DNA from: Octopus vulgaris
Taxonomy: Eukaryota
NCBI GenBank assembly: GCA_951406725.2
Contig: OX597820.1
Coordinates: forward strand, 117,490,001 to 117,554,000
DNA length: 64,000 nt
Direction: 5' to 3'
The notes under the pieces were generated by a model. It made no database searches, was not told where the DNA came from, and saw only the letters and a program-made list of their open reading frames with translations. The position numbers were made by a program, and so were the translations under genes. Shown here piece after piece: positions 52,637 through 64,000 of the stretch. Each line of letters opens with the position of its first letter. The stretch's first letter is position 1.

Positions 52637-54427
52637 TTAACGTCCGCTTTCCATGCTGGCATGGGTTGGACGGTTCAACTGGGGTCTGGGAAGCCCGAAG
52701 GCTGCACCAGGCCCAGTCAGATCTGGCGGTGTTTCTACAGCTGGATGCCCTTCTTAACGTCAACCTAACGTGTAGTGGGTGCTTTTTATGTGCCACTGAC
52801 ACAGGTGCCAGACGAGGCTGGCAAACGGCCACGCTCAGATGGTGCTTTTTACATGCCACCGGCACGGAGGCCAGTCGATGCGGAGCTGGCTACGGCTACA
52901 TTCAGATGGTTCGGTGCTGGCTACGGCCACATTCGGATGGTGTACCTTTTATTTCTCCCTCTCCATGCTCCCACACTTTGAACAGCGTCCCACTGCTTTC
53001 TGTTCTGTTCTCCTTTCTGAGCCATTCCTCACCCTACCCCCTTTCCATGTTGGCATTTCCCCCCAACTGCATCCCCACCATTGTTCATCACTCACTACAT
53101 TCACCTCTACCCCCTCTTTAACCATCTGTTGCCCTCCTACACATACAACCCCTTATGAAAGTATCCACTCTCCCACCCCTCCATCACCCACCGCCTGTAT
53201 CCTCCCTTATGCTCCCTCTTTTGTCTCCTTCACTCATCACTATCTTCCTTTTATCTCCTTCAGTTATGCATCCCTTCCATCGCAAGACACCTGTGCTTGT
53301 CCCCCTCATACTTTAGCCTTTCAACACCTGGCATAAAGCCTCCCACCTCCACCTTCCTCTCTCAAATACTCTCCTCTCATCAATGGAAGTTCTTTCTTTT
53401 TTTCCCCTATTCTTTTTCTGTCTTGCAAGGTACTTAGTGACCTCACTAGTGCTGGTGCCCCATAAAGAGCACCGAGTCCACTCTGTAAAGGAGTTGGCAT
53501 TAAGAAGGGCATTCAACTATAGATTCTGAATCATATCTGACTGCAGGTCAAGGTGGTCTGGCCACTTGCCAGATCCGGTCAAATGTCCAACCTGTGCCAG
53601 CATGGAAAGCAGACAATAAATGATGACGACGACGATGATGATGATGATGATGATGGTGATGACGATGACGATGATGATGACGAGGATGACGATGATGATG
53701 ATGATGATGATGATGACGACGACGAGGATGATGATGACAATGATGATGATGATGATTATGATGATGATGATGATGATGATGATAATGATGATGATGATGA
53801 GGGTTATGATGATGATGATGATGATGATATAAATATACATGCAAATATACATTATATATACACACACACACATCATATATATATATAATGTGTGTGTGTG
53901 TGTGTAATGTATATTTTAGCATATAATTGACACGTAGCTACATAATGTGTAACTGCTATGAAATGGAAGATTTCTTCTTTTTGATTTATATTCCAAGTAG
54001 ATATTGAATGGAACCCAGTTCTGGCTTCCCTTTCAAGAAAGCCTTAATGTTTACTTAATAAAATCTTTAATAATCTGACTTCCTTTAAAATATCTGGTAA
54101 TTGTAACCTGATAGAATGCCAACTTCATAGAATGATGTACATTGATGGAACTCTGTATAATAGCATGTTGATGCAAGCTTATATAATTCTGTATAATGTT
54201 GCCACTTCTTATAATGCCATGTTAATGCAAGCTGATATAATGATGCACAGAGTTGTGACTTCACATAATGCTAGGTTGGTTAGGAATAGTAGATTTTATA
54301 ATGATGTATGCAAAATGCAACTTTATACAATGCAACGTGCAAATGCAAACTGTTTTAGTGACATACGCTCTGTCTCTCTCTCTCTCTCTCTCTCTCTTCT
54401 CTAGTCCCTTTTTTCTCTCTCCCCACT

Positions 54428-54459
<32 letters not shown>

Positions 54460-54703
54460 TCGCTCTCTCACTCTTTCATAATCATATTCAATTTAGAAAC
54501 GTGTCATAAAGATGATTTTTGACAAAACTAGAAATAAATTTTCTAACGAACTGAGTCTATAATTTTCAATTAGAATGTCTCAGAATAGCCTCCAGTTATT
54601 TCAAAACATGTATTTATTTGTTCCACCCGCCATTATCTTCCCTGAACTGCAACAATTTCTGAAAAATGTTAGCAGAGCTAAGCATTGGAAATATATGCTA
54701 ATG

Positions 54704-54762
<59 letters not shown>

Positions 54763-54893
54763 TATATACAGGTATGTATATACGTATATATATATGTGTG
54801 TGTGTGTATATGTATATATATATGTGTGTGTGTGTGTTATATGTATATATATATATAAATATATATACATATACATATATATGTGTGTATCTA

Positions 54894-54940
<47 letters not shown>

Positions 54941-55098
54941 GCACACACACATATACACATACACACACACACATATATATACACACATACACATACATAA
55001 AACTTCCTTCCAAAAGATTTATGTCATTCTGTTTCACTGAATTTTTTTAAAAATAGTTAAGTTAACAAAAAAAATTTCTTCAAATATATATGTATTTG

Positions 55099-55159
<61 letters not shown>

Positions 55160-57289
55160 CTATGTGTGGGTGTGTAAATATGCATGTATGTGTGTGTATA
55201 TATATGTATGTTTTTATGTATGCATGTATGTATGTGTGTGTGTAAATATGCATGTATGTGTGTATATATGAATTTTTTTATGTACGTGTGTGTGTGTGTG
55301 TGTGTAAATTCTACCAGTATAAAAGAAGAATACAGAAGAAATTAAATAGTCCTTGGAGTAGAAGTATTTTTCTCTTTGCAAACTTATTAGCGTTTAACAA
55401 CTGAGATACGTAGCTCTTGTTGGCTCAGTCCACATAGCTGTACATAGGCATCCTGTTTGTTGCTTACACACCCATCTTCGTCTTTTGTTTTTCCGTCTCT
55501 ACCTCATAACACTTCGATCCTTTCCTGGACTATTCTACCTAGATCTTCTACTCTCCTACACTTTGGCTGCACTTCTCCTACCCATGGATTACACTGGACT
55601 CTTCCTTTGATAAGAAACCACTCCAATGCACCATGACATTTGAACCTTCTGAACTCTTCTAAATCTTTCTGTACTTTCTGCTTTTTCCAATTGTTCTTTC
55701 TTCTTACACTGTTTTCTCTCAATTTGTACAATGTATTTCTGTGTTCCTTTCTGTCAAAGAGCATATGCTCGAAACATAAAAAACTTTCTCACTTCCCAAG
55801 TGTTAAACTAATACATCTGTTTGTTGTTTTACACACCAATCTTCGTCTTTTGTTCTTTTTTGCATAAATTCTCACTATAGTAAGGAAATAGTTCATCTCT
55901 ACCAATTCTGCAGAACACTATATGATTCTTTCTCCTTTTCCCCAGTAGGCACAAAGTCCTGATATTTTCAATATTTTTAAAGCAAGTGACAAAATGTGTT
56001 TTATGTCTCCACAAAAGAGCACATCTGACAAGTAAAAATGTCAAGGGAACTCCAGCCACAATTGGAACTCCTATGATCTGAACTGATCTGATGTGGAACT
56101 AAGCAGCATCTGTTAGGTTCAGTTGGGCTAATTTAACAACAGTTTTTAATTAACTGGTAATTCTTAATTAAAGGTAGTAATACCATTAGTAGAAGCAATC
56201 AGCATTTAATATCTGCTTTCCATGTTTGGCATGGGTTGTATGGTTTGACTGAAGTCTGGTAAGCCAGTGGCCTGCACCAGGCTCCAATCTGATCTGGTAA
56301 TGTTTCTACAGCTGGATGCCACTCCTAACGCCAACCACTCAGAGAGTGTAGTGTGTGCTTTTTACATGCCACTGGTACAGGTGTAGTCAGGGGGCACTGG
56401 CATCAACCACGTTCAGATGGTGCCTTTTATGCGCCACTGGCACAGGAGCCAGTCAAGGGGCACTGGCATTGACCACGTTGTAACAGGCTTTGAAAGCAAA
56501 TAGAAACGGTTATTTTAATGTTGGCCTTCAACTGTAAAGATTTTCAACATACAAATGTGATGAGTAAAAAACTGAATTGAAGATAGACTGGACAATTAAC
56601 CATTTGGACAGGTCAGTCTAAAGGGCCCATTATTATGTTGACTGGAAATCCTTAGCCCATGTTGACCCAGTTAAAAGCAGATCAACTTGGCATCAAGCTG
56701 GAATATATGAAAGTCTATAACAAAACTGATAGAAAAAAAACCAATGATGAAATAAAGATAAAACCTGCTTGAGGCAAATATGTCTCCATCATCGAAACCA
56801 TAACTGAAGAACTCAATAATGGTTCATGGCAACTAACAAGAACCTTGTGAGTCTATAAAACCAGCTGCACCCAGAACATAGAAAGAATCTTACTCTCTCT
56901 GCCATCCTCACAACTGAAAGAGCTGAGAATAGATGGCCTGCAAATCGTTTGGCCACCTTAATGTCAAGAACAGGCTTTGAAAATATCCTCATAATATGTT
57001 TAGAGCAGAAAGAAAATCAAAGGTTCTTCAGTGTTCTTCTAGACAACTTAAGAAAACTGCATTTTCTTAGCCAACAGTCAATCCCAAAGTACTGCAATAC
57101 TAGTCATCGTCGTTGTTGTCATTTTAACATATACTTTTCCATGCTTGCCGAGGTCAACTTTGCCATTCATCCTTTCAAGGTCGATTAAATAAGTACCAGT
57201 TACGCACTGGGGTTGATGTAATCAACTTAATCCCTTCGTCTGTCCTTGTTTGTTCCCTCTATGTTTAGACCCCTGTGGACAATAAAGAA

Positions 57290-57332
<43 letters not shown>

Positions 57333-57722
57333 GGCGCAATGGCCCAGTGGTTAGGGCAGTGGACTCATAGTCATAGGACTACAGTTTCAATTCCCAGACT
57401 GGGCGTTATGAGTGTTTATTGAGCAAAGACACCTAAAGCTCTATGAAGCTCCGGCAGGGACTGGTGATGAACCCCACTGTATTCTTTCATCACAACTTTC
57501 TCTCACTCTTTCTTCCTGTTTCTGTTGTACCTGTATTGCAAAGGGGCTAGCCTCGTCACTCTGTGTCCCGCTGAATCTCCACAAGAACTACGTTAAGGGC
57601 ACACGTGTCTGTGGAGTGCTCAGCCACTTGCACGTTAATTTCATGAGCAGGCTGTTCTGTTGATCATATCACCTGGATCCCTCGTTGTCATAACCAATGG
57701 AGTGCCATGATATATATATATA

Positions 57723-58108
57723 CTAGCAGTATTGCCCGGCGTTGCTTGGGTTCATTTCGACCCTTTAGAATTGGAATTTTTGAAAAGTAAAAATTTTGCA
57801 TTATGTAGCTTGGTATTCTCTTTAAGTGAACATTTTTCTGGCTGAAATACACCGAAAAATGGCGACACAGCAGTCAAAAGATCGTAAAAATAGGGATTTT
57901 CATAGAAAAAAAGCACCTTTTTGATGTAAATAATTTTTGGTCTTAACATGGTCCGATTTGAATGTTTTCTTCTATGGAAGGAAGAGCAAGCCTTCTTCTA
58001 TCATACTCTCAATTTTGGTCAACTTGCGCCGCAGGGTCTTAGAGGAGATAGTGTTAGTTGAAGGCTACCAAACCTGCCATACACAGACAACTTCAGCTTT
58101 ATATATAT
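57723..58108 (-). mobile_element. Non-autonomous Helitron-like element, copy of 17723-18101
   Basis: Near-identical sequence and termini. Confidence 0.75.
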
Positions 58109-58877
58109 ACATATATACTTCTCTCTGAGTACAGTTAATGTTCCTAATCTTTGCATTGTCTTCTAACTTTCAGTTATTTTAATTCTAAGTCCTGAGGCAT
58201 TATTTTCTTAACATGTGAAACAGAAATATAATTTGGCTCAATATTATAATATTTAGCTGTGATAATTTTTTTAATATTGCAGTTTGCAACCAACAGAGGC
58301 TTCACATAAGAAAGTCAAATGGTGGAATATATAACTGGTTCGTTTATAAATCTTTTAACGGCTGAGAGAGAAACTAACCTCCCCAGTTATGTTCTGTCTT
58401 TAGTTTCTTTCAGTCTTAGGTCATACTTGTAAATCTTTTCAACAATATTTATGTCGAAAATCTTAACCATTTACATTAAAACTAATTACTATTCACATAC
58501 TAAAGTTTGCTCCAAGTTATGAACATCAAATTTAATGTGATATGGTGGACTGAATTAACCTGTATGTTTACGCCTGAGTGGCTTTCAAGTTATCTGTCAT
58601 CCGCATGTGATAGGAAGAAAGGAAAGTAAAGTGTGTATAATTGCTAATTTCATAGATTAATTGGTCTGAACCTATTTCATATAATCAACAAGATGTCATA
58701 GTTTGCACAAATCTTCTTCAGTACCGCATCTTACCAATTATTGCTGCCGTTTATCATCTCCTCCTCCTTCATGGAGTCTTCTAGCCTGTCATTAACTCTT
58801 ACCATTTCTTTGCATATTTTATGTATGCTGTTTCTGCATCGTTTGACCCTTTTTTACTGAGTTTTCATACTTTGTAG

Positions 58878-59275
58878 ACATCACCTGTCCATTCCGTCAC
58901 TTGGCCATACCATCACTTGACCATACCATCACTTGACCATACCATCACTTGGCCATACCATCACACAGCCATACTGTCACACAGCCACACCATCACTTGA
59001 CCATACAGTCACCTGGTCATACCATCACTTGGTCATACTCTCACCTGTCCATACCGTCACCTGGTTATGCCATCTGTCCATACCTTCACCTGGCCTTATC
59101 ATCAAGTGGCCATACCATCACTTGGCTATACTTTCATCTGGCCACACTGCCACCTGTCTATTCTGTCACTTGGCCATACCATCACTTGACCATACAGTCA
59201 CTTGGTCATACCATCACACAGCCATACCATCACTTGACCACACAGTCACCTGGTTATACCAACACCTATCTATAC
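58878..59275. repeat. 16-bp minisatellite (tggccataccatcact), about 24 degenerate units
   Basis: Direct reading. Confidence 0.9.
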
Positions 59276-59680
59276 CAGTGCAGTCCTCTTTTGAACATTC
59301 TACTGATGCTTCTGATGCTCTTTTCCTTCTGTTTTCTTCTTTTTCTTTCATTTTACCATTTTCCTTTCCTCTTACCTCTGCTCCATCATTCAAGTATGCT
59401 GACCTTACACATCCATCAGAGCGTACTTAACTTGTTTCTTTCAACTTCTCATGCATCTTCCACATTCACAGCCCATTCTTGCTACCATTTAATATCTCAC
59501 TCCAAAAGCGGCATCATACGACCTGCCTTTCAGTCACAGAGAAGCCTTTTGTTGCCACCTGAAGTAGAAATTCTCTTTGCTGTCCCCTTCACCCATTCTT
59601 GTTCTGGTTACTCTTGCACCAACTATCATCACTGTTATTTAGGTTACCTAGGCAACAGGGTTAGGGTTATACTAGAAGAC

Positions 59681-60062
59681 GTGGAGGCGCAATGGCCCAG
59701 TGGTTAGGGCAGTGGGCTCACGGTCATAGGATTGCGGTTTCTATTCCCAGACCGGGCGTTGTGAGTGTTTATTGAACGAAAACACCTAAAGCTCCACGAG
59801 GCTCCGACAGGGATGGTGGTGATCCCTGCTGTACTCTTTCACCACAACTTTCTCTCACTCTTACTTCCTGTTTCTGTTGTACCTGTATTTCAAAGGGCCG
59901 GCCTTGTCACTCTCTGTGTCACGCTGAATATCCCCGAGAACTACGTTAAGGGTACACATGTCTGTGGAGTGCTCAGCCACTTACACGTTAATTTCACGAG
60001 CAGGCTGTTCCGTTGATCAGATCAACCAGAACCCTCGTCGTCGTAACCGATGGAGTGCTTCC
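59681..60062 (+). mobile_element. Full-length young tRNA-derived SINE with TSD
   Basis: Same family as 44262-44652; TSD atactagaagac at 59669-59680 and 60063-60074. Other copies at ~7207, 17330, 31378, 36742, 37278 and 57331. Confidence 0.9.
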
Positions 60063-60349
60063 ATACTAGAAGACCACATTTTTACAGGTGACAGAAAATG
60101 GGAACCACCTGTCAACGGAAAAAAAAAAAAATGAGAGTGACTGTCAATGAATGAAAAACAATTCCTAACATCACATTGAGTCCTTGAGCAAGACACTTCA
60201 TTTCATATTGCTCCAGTCTGCTCAGCCTACAAAAATGAGTTGTACCTGTATTTCTAAGGGCCAGTCTCGTCATTCTGTCACACTGAATCTCCCCAAGAAC
60301 TACATTAAGGGTACACTTAAACGTTAATTTTACATATACATATACATAC

Positions 60350-60397
<48 letters not shown>

Positions 60398-60403
<6 letters not shown>

Positions 60404-60552
60404 GTTATCGCCATACTAATATGGCATTCTTATAAAAATAAGAATAAAGCTGTCCGCTTATTAGCTCCATGAGGCCATCATGGAGCTAATAAACGGACAG
60501 CTTTATTCTTATTTTTATAAGAATGCCATATTAGTATGGCGATAACTATTAT
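60398..60552. repeat. Near-perfect palindrome: 75-bp arms, 5-nt loop
   Basis: 60398-60472 against 60478-60552, one mismatch, loop ggcca. Confidence 0.95.
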
Positions 60553-60608
60553 TTTCCAGGAACGCTGCCGTGATCTCTTCTAGAGAGACTTAGTAATTTT
60601 AATATTTC

Positions 60609-60644
<36 letters not shown>

Positions 60645-60662
60645 TCATACATAAATAAATAC

Positions 60663-60699
<37 letters not shown>

Positions 60700-61125
60700 T
60701 ACATACATATAAATATATATACATACATACATATATTCATATATCATCATCATCATCATTTAGCGTCCGTTTTCCATGCTAGCATGGGTTGGACGGTTTA
60801 ACTGGGGTCTGTGAAGCTGGAAGGCTTCATCAGGCCCAGTCAGATTTGGCAGTGTTTCTACGGCTGGATGCCCTTCCTAACGCCAACCACTCCATGAGTG
60901 TAGTGGGTGCTTTTTACATGCCACTTGCACAGGTGCCAGACAGAGCTGGCAAACGGCCACGAACGGACGGTGTTTTTACATGCCACCGGCACGGGGGCCA
61001 GGCGAGGCTGGCAACGGACATGAACGGATGGTGCTTTTACGTGCTACCGGCACGTATATATATATATATATACTTTATTTTAAGCAGCAGAAAATTCAAC
61101 AAAATCTGTTACTCTGAGTTTCTTG

Positions 61126-61165
61126 TTTGTCTGATGAACGGCAACGAGAAACTCAGAGTAACAGA
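61126..61165 (+). ncRNA. Minimal type I hammerhead ribozyme motif inside a 51-bp inverted repeat
   Basis: UUUGU-CUGAUGA-A-CG-GCAA-CG-A-GAAAC-UC-A-GA-GUA-ACAGA: stem I UUUGU/ACAGA, GNRA-capped stem II, palindromic stem III ACUC/GAGU, predicted cleavage after GUA at 61160. Confidence 0.7.
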
Positions 61166-62766
61166 TTTTGTTGAATTTTCTGCTGCTTAAAATAAAGCAT
61201 ATTACTCTACCACTGGTATTTGAGTACTCTTTTTTCCACCTTGTTTCACATTTATGTGTTTACTCCGGTATATATATATATAGTCACTAAGAGGATATTT
61301 AGACCTCTTATAGGGATATTTCTATCCAAGATACACTGGTTTAATATATTGTATTTTGAAGAGATATTTCATAAGATATCAAATATTATTATTGGAGTCT
61401 ATTGGAGTATTCAAAAAGATCATAATGTAATCCTTGTATTGTCCCTTTTTCATGCCCTGATGATTTTCCACCCAGGCTATTTTGAAATGCAAGCTTATAT
61501 ATTTATATATGTTTTGTAGTTTAAGCTGGATGCGAAATGAAACAATTGTTGGTGAAGATGCTAATTAATTGATAAATTAATTTGTACCCAAACTTAATAA
61601 TAATATTTGATATATATATATATAGCATATGATTATTATTGTCACTGTAATTGTACACACATACATCTTTAAAAACACATATTTTTACACACAATATGAT
61701 TGAGGGGAAAAAATACTGCAGAAAAATTTTGATGAATCTATATTTTCATATTTTTGTAATTGTTTTTTTTTGCTTACCTCATCTAAAATTAATATATGTG
61801 AGAAATCATCACCTATTGATAATTTTTCTTAAACGAATGAATAGTTGGATAATATTTATATCTATAATTATTTTCTTTTAGATGATAAATTTGTTCCATA
61901 TATCTTCTTCATTCTTCATTTTTCTACTACAGCTTCATAGCTTCTTCCTCTTCTTCATCTTCCTCCTTTTTCTTCCTTTTTCTTGAGACTTCAGTTCAAT
62001 TTCGTTACAAGTGTTTTGCCGTGTCTCTGTACACAGATGCTGCTGTAATTTCAATCCGTATGCTCCTTCATCAATCTGAGAGCAGCAGTACACAAACGGC
62101 TTAAAAGGGGCTATAAATACTGTTCTCTCTTCTAAGGATTCCCCTAAATCCTTAGCTGTTGAGAACAGATTCAAGAGTTACCTTCTAATGTAGCAGGTGA
62201 TACATTAGCGTTCTCATGAAAGGTGAGAATGTAAATTGTCGTCAATTTAATATATTATGGGTCCTTTGGGCCTTTTGGTCATTTTTAATGTCCTTTCCCT
62301 TAATATTTTCAGAGGCACTAAATTCTTTATTCACTTTAGTCCTATTTGAATCAATCAAGATAGGTGTGATGGTAGTGCTGCTGATGGTGGTGGTGGTGTT
62401 GATGGTGATGGTGGTGGTGGTGGTGGTGATGGTGCTGGTGATGGTGGTGGTGGTACAGGTTTCAAATGCTTAGAATGTCATACTTTAAATGGTAATTATT
62501 GCTTCCCAACCACATGGTTCCAGGTTCAGTCCCACTGGGTGGAACTTTGGGCAAGCATCTTCTATTATAACCCTGGGCCAACCAAAGTTTTGTGAAGGGA
62601 TTTGGTAGATTGAAGCTGCAACAAATGTCCTCCAGAAGACCATCATAGTCTCCTGACTTCTCGTTCTTCAACACAGCATCCGTCCAATTATTGCTGTCAT
62701 CATTGATATATTTTTCAGTTATTTAACACTGTAGGTCTACAAAAGATATTATCTCAGGACGAATAC

Positions 62767-63064
62767 CTATTTCTTTATTACCCACAAGGGTAATACATCT
62801 TTAAAAACACATATTTTTACACAATATGATTGAGGGGAAAAAATACTGCAGAAAAATTTTGGGGACACAGAGGGGACAAACAAGGACAGACATAGGTATT
62901 AAGTCGATTACATCGACCCCAGTGCGTAACTGGTACTTAATTTATCGACCCCGAAAGGATGAAAGGCAAAGTCGACCTCGGCGGAATTTGAACTCACAAC
63001 GTAACGCAGACGAAATACCGCTAAGCATTTCGCCCGGCGTGCTAACGTTTCTGCCAGCTCGCCG
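62767..63064 (-). mobile_element. tRNA-derived SINE with TSD and an internal templated insertion
   Basis: TSD tctcaggacgaatac at 62752-62766 and 63065-63079; same family as 12335 and 33757. Confidence 0.88.
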
Positions 63065-63526
63065 TCTCAGGACGAATACTGCAATTAATTAGGCTTTTAA
63101 CGATGTATCTGCATTAAGTATGATACACAGCTTGTCATTTCTCTAAAAAAAAAAAAAATTTTGGTTTCTTTAATCGTTGTTATTTAGCCCTGAGTCAAAC
63201 TTGTTGAAACAAATCTAACTCATATGATCAAAGTTATTCCAGCCTTGACCATCCATTTTAATATTCACGCATTACTTATATTATCTAATGTGTTCTTTTT
63301 ATGTGGTATAATTGTGTAGGGTTGAAGATTTGGCTGTTATTTTTAGCAAGTTAAAAATACTATGTACAGGGTTTCTTTTTAATGGTTTTGTAATTTTGTG
63401 TTGATTTACTAATAAAAATATTTTCCCTATTATCATGAAATTGAAACCACAGATTGAAAATTTGTAAAATTCCAAGACAACAGATAAATTTTCTTCCTCT
63501 TCCTTTCTTCCATGAAATGAAACACA

Positions 63527-63599
<73 letters not shown>

Positions 63600-63670
63600 T
63601 AATAATAATGATGATGATGATGATGATAATGATGATGATGATGATGATGATGATGATTATAATAATAATG

Positions 63671-63730
<60 letters not shown>
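63527..63730. repeat. (AAT/GAT)n microsatellite
   Basis: Direct reading. Confidence 0.96.
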
Positions 63731-64000
63731 GGCACACTGTGAATTGAAAATTTTAATGATTCTAAAAAATTGATTTGATGAGGAACCGCCATAAAATGGA
63801 ATTCACAAGACATTTAAAGTATCGGAGAAATATAAGTTAAGCACAGTATTTTTAATTTATTTTTCAATCTCTTTCTGTGATATAGATTCTGTTGCAAAGA
63901 AGTCCAGCTGTGAAGCTAATAATACCTTATTGATTAAAAGGTAAAAGAAAACCAGAGCACCCTAAGGTTACATTCAAATATGAGAGCAGTAAACCATTTT

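Noticed and set aside
55504-55764. 86-aa ORF as a candidate upstream IQCG exon
   Set aside because: It has no similarity to IQCG in the frames read and is embedded in a repeat element.
63886-63940. Possible plus-strand small exons (also 25066-25112 and 38418-38505)
   Set aside because: They have plausible splice signals but no recognisable homology, and I could not chain them into a gene or link them to the 11401 ORF.

Overview
AT-rich, repeat-saturated eukaryotic (metazoan) DNA. The SINE families, RTE LINEs and extreme microsatellite load most resemble an octopus (cephalopod) genome; this is an inference and was not searched. The supplied ORF track misses the main gene. Four short minus-strand exons (46087-46013, 36219-36088, 24448-24347, 13428-13324; all GT-AG, phase 0, introns of about 10-12 kb) splice into the C-terminal 137 aa of IQCG/DRC9, ending in an IQ motif. 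A convergent plus-strand ORF (11401-12273) looks like the N-terminal half of NFATC2IP/NIP45 and is cut off at a SINE. The rest is decayed RTE LINEs, R4/Dong-type RLE LINE fragments sitting in (ATT)n, DD37D Tc1/mariner remnants, piggyBac-type MITEs, non-autonomous Helitrons, at least three SINE families and long microsatellites. Four observations stand out: (1) a PHD-type zinc finger inserted inside the reverse-transcriptase domain of the dominant RTE family; (2) minimal hammerhead-ribozyme motifs of Penelope type, one inside a perfect 51-bp inverted repeat; (3) a 45-bp minisatellite that multiplies an IQCG splice donor 11 times; (4) a possible IQ-less alternative last exon. Repeat boundaries are approximate.
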